Positions 58,820 to 64,000 of a stretch of DNA of 64,000 nt are shown piece after piece. Location: NCBI RefSeq assembly GCF_000143415.4, contig NW_003314341.1:167869-231868 (forward strand), written 5' to 3'. The position numbers were made by a program, and so were the translations under genes. This DNA comes from Selaginella moellendorffii. Its lineage: Eukaryota > Plantae > Lycopodiophyta. The first letter of the stretch is position 1. Every line of letters starts with the position of its first letter. The notes beneath the pieces are model-generated. The model saw nothing but the letters and a program-made list of their open reading frames with translations, had not been told where the DNA came from and made no database searches.

Positions 58820-61800
58820 ATGGCGGAGGAGGAGGTTGCGCTGCGCCTGGAGGCCGTGGATGCTGAGCTCCAGGGGGTTCAAGGTAGGAAACGGAAAATG
58901 TCCTCCAGGAGCGTGATCTATTTGCTTTCACAGCTCAGATTGCCGTTCTCTGCGATCGCCAAGCGCGTCTTCTTGAGGAGCAAGCGGAGCTTCGCCAGCT
59001 GATCGACTGCTGCAGAGCTTCCGAGGAGGATGATATCCAAATCATTGAGCAGGACTGGTCTGGAAACTTTGAGTGGGATAACGAGGCATCCAACTTGCTA
59101 CTCAATGTCTTTGGCATTTCCACTTTCAGGCGGAACCAGAGAGAGGTCTCGTTCTCCAGTTTCCTTTTTTTTGTTTTTTTCTTTCCTTTTGTGTGTGTGT
59201 GATTTGTTCTTGCTTGCTCCTTGCAGATTGTAAACGCGCTGATGAGTAACAAGAATGTGGTCGTTGTTATGGCGGCAGGAGGGGGGAAGAGTCTGTGCTA
59301 TCAGCTTCCAGCTCTTCTCCGGCCAGGAATTGCTCTTGTTGTTAGTCCTCTTCTGTCCCTTATTCAAGACCAGGTACTTTTTTTTTTTCTTCCTTTCGTT
59401 GGAGCTTCGTTGATTGACAGTAATGCAGGTCATGGGACTGGCTGCTTTGGGAGTCTCTGCCGCCATGCTGACTTCGACAACCTCCAAGGAGGAAGAAAAG
59501 GAGATTTATAGAGTTCTTGAGAAGGGCGACGGAAACTTGCGGATTCTATATGTTACTCCGGAGAAGATTGCGAAAAGTAAACGTTTCATGTCGAAGCTTG
59601 AAAAGTGTAACCGGGCCGGACGTCTCTCTCTTGTAGCTATCGATGTGAGTTTTCCTTTTATGCTATTCCTTTCAGCTCTTTGTAAGATTTACTTACAGGA
59701 AGCACATTGCTGCAGCCAATGGGGACACGACTTTCGGCCGGATTATAAAAACTTGGGGATTCTGAAGAAGCAGTTTCCTAAAGTACCTATGATTGCGTTA
59801 ACTGTGAGTTACATCTCAATTTTTCTCTGTTTAATCGATCGTGAACATTTTGCAAAGGCCACTGCAACTGGACGAGTTCAAAGAGATTTGCAGGAGATGC
59901 TGCAAATCCTGCCATGCGAGAGATTTACAAGCTCCGTCAATCGTCCGAACCTTTTCTACGAGGTATTTCGTTTCGTAAGGCGCGATGATCGGCATCTCTT
60001 GTTTTTTTCGTTTTCTATTTTGATTTCTTTTGTCCAGGTCCGTGATAAAAAGCAGGTTGCGGCCGACGTTATTGAAGACATCGCATTGTTTATAAAGGAG
60101 ACTTATCCATCCAATGAGTCCGGAATCGTTTACTGTTTCTCACGTAAAGAGTGTGAGCAGGTACTTGGCTTTACGATTTCAAACAAGAATCGTGTGCCCT
60201 GCATCAAACAGGTCGCTGACGCTTTGCGGAAGCGTCAAATATCTGCTGCTCATTATCATGCGGACATGGACTCTGGTCTTCGAACAAATGTTCATCGAAG
60301 GTATTCTCGTAAGCATAAGTAGAACAGACGTGATACTTTCGTTCAGGTGGAGTAGCAACCAGCTCCAAGTGATTGTTGGCACGGTAAATCGGTCTTTTAT
60401 AGTTTTTTCAAGAAATAAACATGAGATACAGGTGGCCTTTGGCATGGGAATCAACAAACCAGATGGTTAGGTGTTTTTGTTCTATGGTCTGAATGTGACC
60501 TTGTGTTTGCAGTGCGTTTTGTTATACACCATACCCTCAGTAAATCCTTGGAGACGTATTATCAGGTGTTTTTCCACCATTTCCTGCTTGTAAACTGCTA
60601 ACACTGCTTGGCCAGTAGGAGAGCGGACGTGCTGGCCGTGATGGACTTCCATCTCGCTGCGTATTATATTTCAGGCCAGCTGATGTCCCTCGACAGGTAA
60701 AAGCTCTTTATATTCATCTCTTGTGGAACTGACAGTACAAATTATGTAGAGCTGCATGGTGTTCTCCGAAAATACGGGCTTGCAGAATCTTTACGCAATG
60801 GCTCGCTATTGTCAGGTTCTCTTCTGTTTCTTTTAAGAGATTGTATTCTACAATGATGACCTTGATGCAGTCGAAACAAAGGTGTCGGCGAGCGGCGTTT
60901 TTTCAATATTTTGCCGAACAAGTACAAGAATGCAACGGTACGGTTTGATTGTTGATTAAGCTTTTTGGCTGATACCAGAGGTGTCTACTCAGGAATGTGC
61001 GATACTTGCGCATTTGAGAACGACGTTGTTGAGAAGGATGTCACGGGTACATTTGCCCTTGAACTTACATTTTCTGTTGCATTAAGGCGCGTGCATGTTT
61101 TGCAGAGTACGGCAAGTCCCTCGTGCAGTCTGTAATGGACGTTGCGGAGAGTGACAAGAAAACTACGTTGCTGCAGCTTGTGGATCTGTGGAGAAGTCAG
61201 CTACGACAGGCAGGTAACCATATGAGCGGCGTTTACGGGCATATATTGCAATCCCAAACAGGTGACAAGGAGATGAGTAAGGACGATGCAGAGCAGATCA
61301 TTCTTCAACTAATTCTAGATGGCACATTGGCAAGTTTTATTCTGTGTAAACTGTGTGACCCAAACTTTTGATATACAGCGAGAGGACTTTCAACATACTG
61401 CTTATGCTACAAATGCCTACGTAAAGGCAGGATCGGCAGCAAGACTTATATTGCAAGGTGACCTTCCTTCATGTATATCTTTGACATGAAACATGGTATT
61501 TGTTTGACCGCAGGCAAAAGAAAGGTCATCCTTGAACAATGTGAGAAGAGAGGACCTGTGAAGACAACTCTGGACGATTGCGCCATGCAGTCTGGCATGG
61601 CTCGTATGCTTGATAAACTTCGCCAGACACTGGCTGCTGCCGACGGTGGCCTTTTTCCTTATGCTGTGCTTTCTTCTGAGCACATCAAGAGACTGTCCTC
61701 ACAAGTCCCCACATCAATCACGGAGGTAACTATTTGGCTGATTCTGCTTTGACGCTTTTGTTATTACATTGGTAAGCTGGACGAAATCATTGGCAAAACC

Positions 61801-61956
61801 AAGTCATCCAAGTATGGAGAGCAGATAATTACCGCCTTAAACGAGTATACTACAAAGAATACAGATGATCCGGACACGAAGGAGGCGTCTTCCAGCAAGA
61901 GGGTGGCCACAACTGGCGGTCAGGCGAGGCAAACTAAAAGAAGCAGGAATGCATGA
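58820..61956 (+). CDS. RECQL2: RecQ family DNA helicase (RecQL2/MED34-like), many short introns
   Basis: [15 protein letters not shown]; [19 protein letters not shown]; [17 protein letters not shown]; [14 protein letters not shown]; [10 protein letters not shown]; [11 protein letters not shown]; C-terminal HRDC-like region. Confidence 0.92.
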
Positions 61957-61978
61957 CCAAAAGGTTAGTTTTATTTTG

Positions 61979-63862
61979 TCAACTGTTTCCATCTGATCTA
62001 ACTCGTGTTCTAGATCTCAGTCTTGTCTGAACAGCCTCCGCCTCTCTGATCCTGCCAGCAGCAGCATACACGTTAGACAGCAGTGTCAGAGCCGAATTGG
62101 CAGCTCTATTTCCTGGATCGAGCTCAACGATGTTCTCGACCGCCCTGGAAGCTCGATCAACATCACTGTATGTCTTGCAAGCTCCCAAAAGTGATCCCCA
62201 CTCGACGACTCCCGGCTCAAACGGCATCGACTCAACGAGCTCTTCCGCATCTCTCAAACGACCGGATCTTCCCAGCATGTCCACCATGCAGCAGTAGTGT
62301 TCCCGGGACGGAGATAGGCTGCTGCGCTCCACTGACGAAGAAGCCTTCAAGCGGCCAAAGTAGCTCAAGCCTTGCTCGCTCAATCCGCCATGGCTGCAAG
62401 CGTTGAGAAGGCTCATGAAGCTCAAGTCATTAGGCTCCAGACCGACGAGCTCCAACTCTCGAAACAGCTCTAGAGTTTTCGAGCCTTGGCCAGCGGAATC
62501 CGAGTAGCTCTCCATCATCGCATTCCACGACACGAGGCTTCTCTCCGGCATGGCACCGAAGACGCTGTCGGCCCGCTCGAGTCGTCCACACTTGGCATTG
62601 GCAGTCACCATAGCCGTCCACGACACAACGTTATGCTCGGGCATCGCCCAGAAGATGTGCTCCGCCCCATCAAGCTCGCGGTTGTCGGCATAAGCCTGGA
62701 GCATTGCGTTCCACGACACGACATTCTTGTCGCTCTCCGGCAATGTCGCAAACAAGATCTTGGCCTCGTCCAGGTGGCCGTGTCGGGCATAGGCACTAAT
62801 CATGGCGTTCCACGTCACCGTGTTCCCGTCCCTCACCATTTCAAATGCGTTTCGCGCCTCTTCCAGGTGGCCGGCGTTGCCGTACGCCACGAGCATGGCC
62901 GTCCACGTCACTGCGTTAGGGTTGGGCATTTCGTGGAGGAGCGCTCTCGCGGCGTGGAGGCTCCCAGCCTCCACATAGGCGCTGATCATCACATTCCAGC
63001 ACACGGGATCTTTTCGAGGGATCTTGTCGAAGATGTTCCTTGCAGAGAGCAAATCTCCGGCGCGGGCGTAGGCAGTGACCATGGACGTCCAGCAGACGAG
63101 ATTGGGGCGATGGATGAGCTTGAACAGCTCGATCGCTCGCTGGAGCTGGGCCTTTTGCGCGAATGCTGCCAGGAGGATGCTGTAGGAGATGAGATCCGGA
63201 TTGGGCATGGCATCAAACGTGGACTTTGCGCGATCCAGCTGGCCTTGCTGTGCAAAGGCGAGGATCATCGCGTTCCAGGACACGGCGTCACGGCCGGGCA
63301 TTGCGGCAAAGATCCACACACATTCGTCCAAGTGGCCTGATGTGGCATACCCGGTCAGGAGTGCGTTCCAAGTCACCGTGTTCTTGTGGGGCATCTTGTC
63401 AAAGAGCTCTTGCGCCTGCTCCATTTCCCCCCTTTTGGCATGCGCAGTAAGCATGGCAGTCCAGGAGATGACATTCTTGTGGGGCATCAAATCGAAGATT
63501 CTTCTAGCTTCTCGAATGCGGCCTCTGCTGGCATATGCCTTGATCATTGTGTTCCAGGCGGCGGTGTCTCTCTCCGGCATTGTGTGGAACGCATTCTCGA
63601 CCTGCTCCAGATGCCCATTAGCGGCATACGCTTGCATGAGAATTGTCCAGGAGAAGACGTTTGGTTCTTGGATTTCATCGAAGACGCGGCGCGCGTCCTT
63701 GGCGCTGCCGCATTTGCCGTACATGTGAGCGCACAGATTGGCCAGGTACGTGCTGTGGCGCTCGCAACTGCGCCGGAGCCTCGAGTAGAGCTCGTGCGCT
63801 CGGGACAGATCCTTGGAATCGCCACACCGCCTGATGAGGCCGGCGAAGGAGCTCTCATCCAT
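61979..63862 (-). CDS. PLS-class PPR protein with E domain (organellar RNA-editing factor type), intronless
   Basis: Repeated VSWNAMI/VTWTAML motifs; ACSHGGL, HYCCMVDMLGRSGRL, MPFEPGVVEWGSLLGAC, LLSNVYA; no DYW domain. Confidence 0.93.
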   Translation of the reverse strand: MDESSFAGLIRRCGDSKDLSRAHELYSRLRRSCERHSTYLANLCAHMYGKCGSAKDARRVFDEIQEPNVFSWTILMQAYAANGHLEQVENAFHTMPERDTAAWNTMIKAYASRGRIREARRIFDLMPHKNVISWTAMLTAHAKRGEMEQAQELFDKMPHKNTVTWNALLTGYATSGHLDECVWIFAAMPGRDAVSWNAMILAFAQQGQLDRAKSTFDAMPNPDLISYSILLAAFAQKAQLQRAIELFKLIHRPNLVCWTSMVTAYARAGDLLSARNIFDKIPRKDPVCWNVMISAYVEAGSLHAARALLHEMPNPNAVTWTAMLVAYGNAGHLEEARNAFEMVRDGNTVTWNAMISAYARHGHLDEAKILFATLPESDKNVVSWNAMLQAYADNRELDGAEHIFWAMPEHNVVSWTAMVTANAKCGRLERADSVFGAMPERSLVSWNAMMESYSDSAGQGSKTLELFRELELVGLEPNDLSFMSLLNACSHGGLSEQGLSYFGRLKASSSVERSSLSPSREHYCCMVDMLGRSGRLRDAEELVESMPFEPGVVEWGSLLGACKTYSDVDRASRAVENIVELDPGNRAANSALTLLSNVYAAAGRIREAEAVQTRLRSRTRVRSDGNS

Positions 63863-64000
63863 CGGGGCTTAGGGTTAGAAATGCATGGAAATAGATGGCA
63901 ACCTGGTAGCGGTAGCGCATGAAAGAAGTGGCAATCCATGATCACGGCATGCGCCGCCAAGGGGAGGCATTGCAAGCGTACGTGAGAATGTGGCAGGAAT

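Overview
Land-plant nuclear DNA. Compact genes, ~50-60 nt introns and PLS-class PPR genes suggest a lycophyte such as Selaginella; this is inference and needs a BLAST check. Bases 1-2943 are an rDNA fragment: IGS, RNA polymerase I start site (TATAGTAGGG at 700-709), a ~1.67 kb 5'ETS and the first ~570 nt of 18S. It is fused through a 7-bp microhomology to a ~38 kb nest of LTR retroelements (2.9-41.3 kb). The nest holds a non-coding tandem LTR family (A), four decayed copies of a chromodomain Ty3/gypsy family (B), a third LTR family (C), 5S-carrying Cassandra-type TRIMs, a MITE and an old gypsy relic. 43-64 kb is gene-dense: DVR, F-box/kelch, FLA, CAP1, PPR, GH17-X8 glucanase, Cpn10, RecQ helicase and a PLS PPR. 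Main candidate system: the LTRs of families A, B and C each carry a close copy of the rDNA Pol I core promoter/start site. Family B integrase is interrupted in every copy by two small GT-AG introns whose removal restores the conserved protein motifs. Together these suggest LTR retrotransposons that use Pol I for an unspliced genomic RNA and a spliced (Pol II) mRNA for protein, living beside Pol III-type Cassandra elements. The sequence matches are seen directly; the transcription model is a hypothesis.
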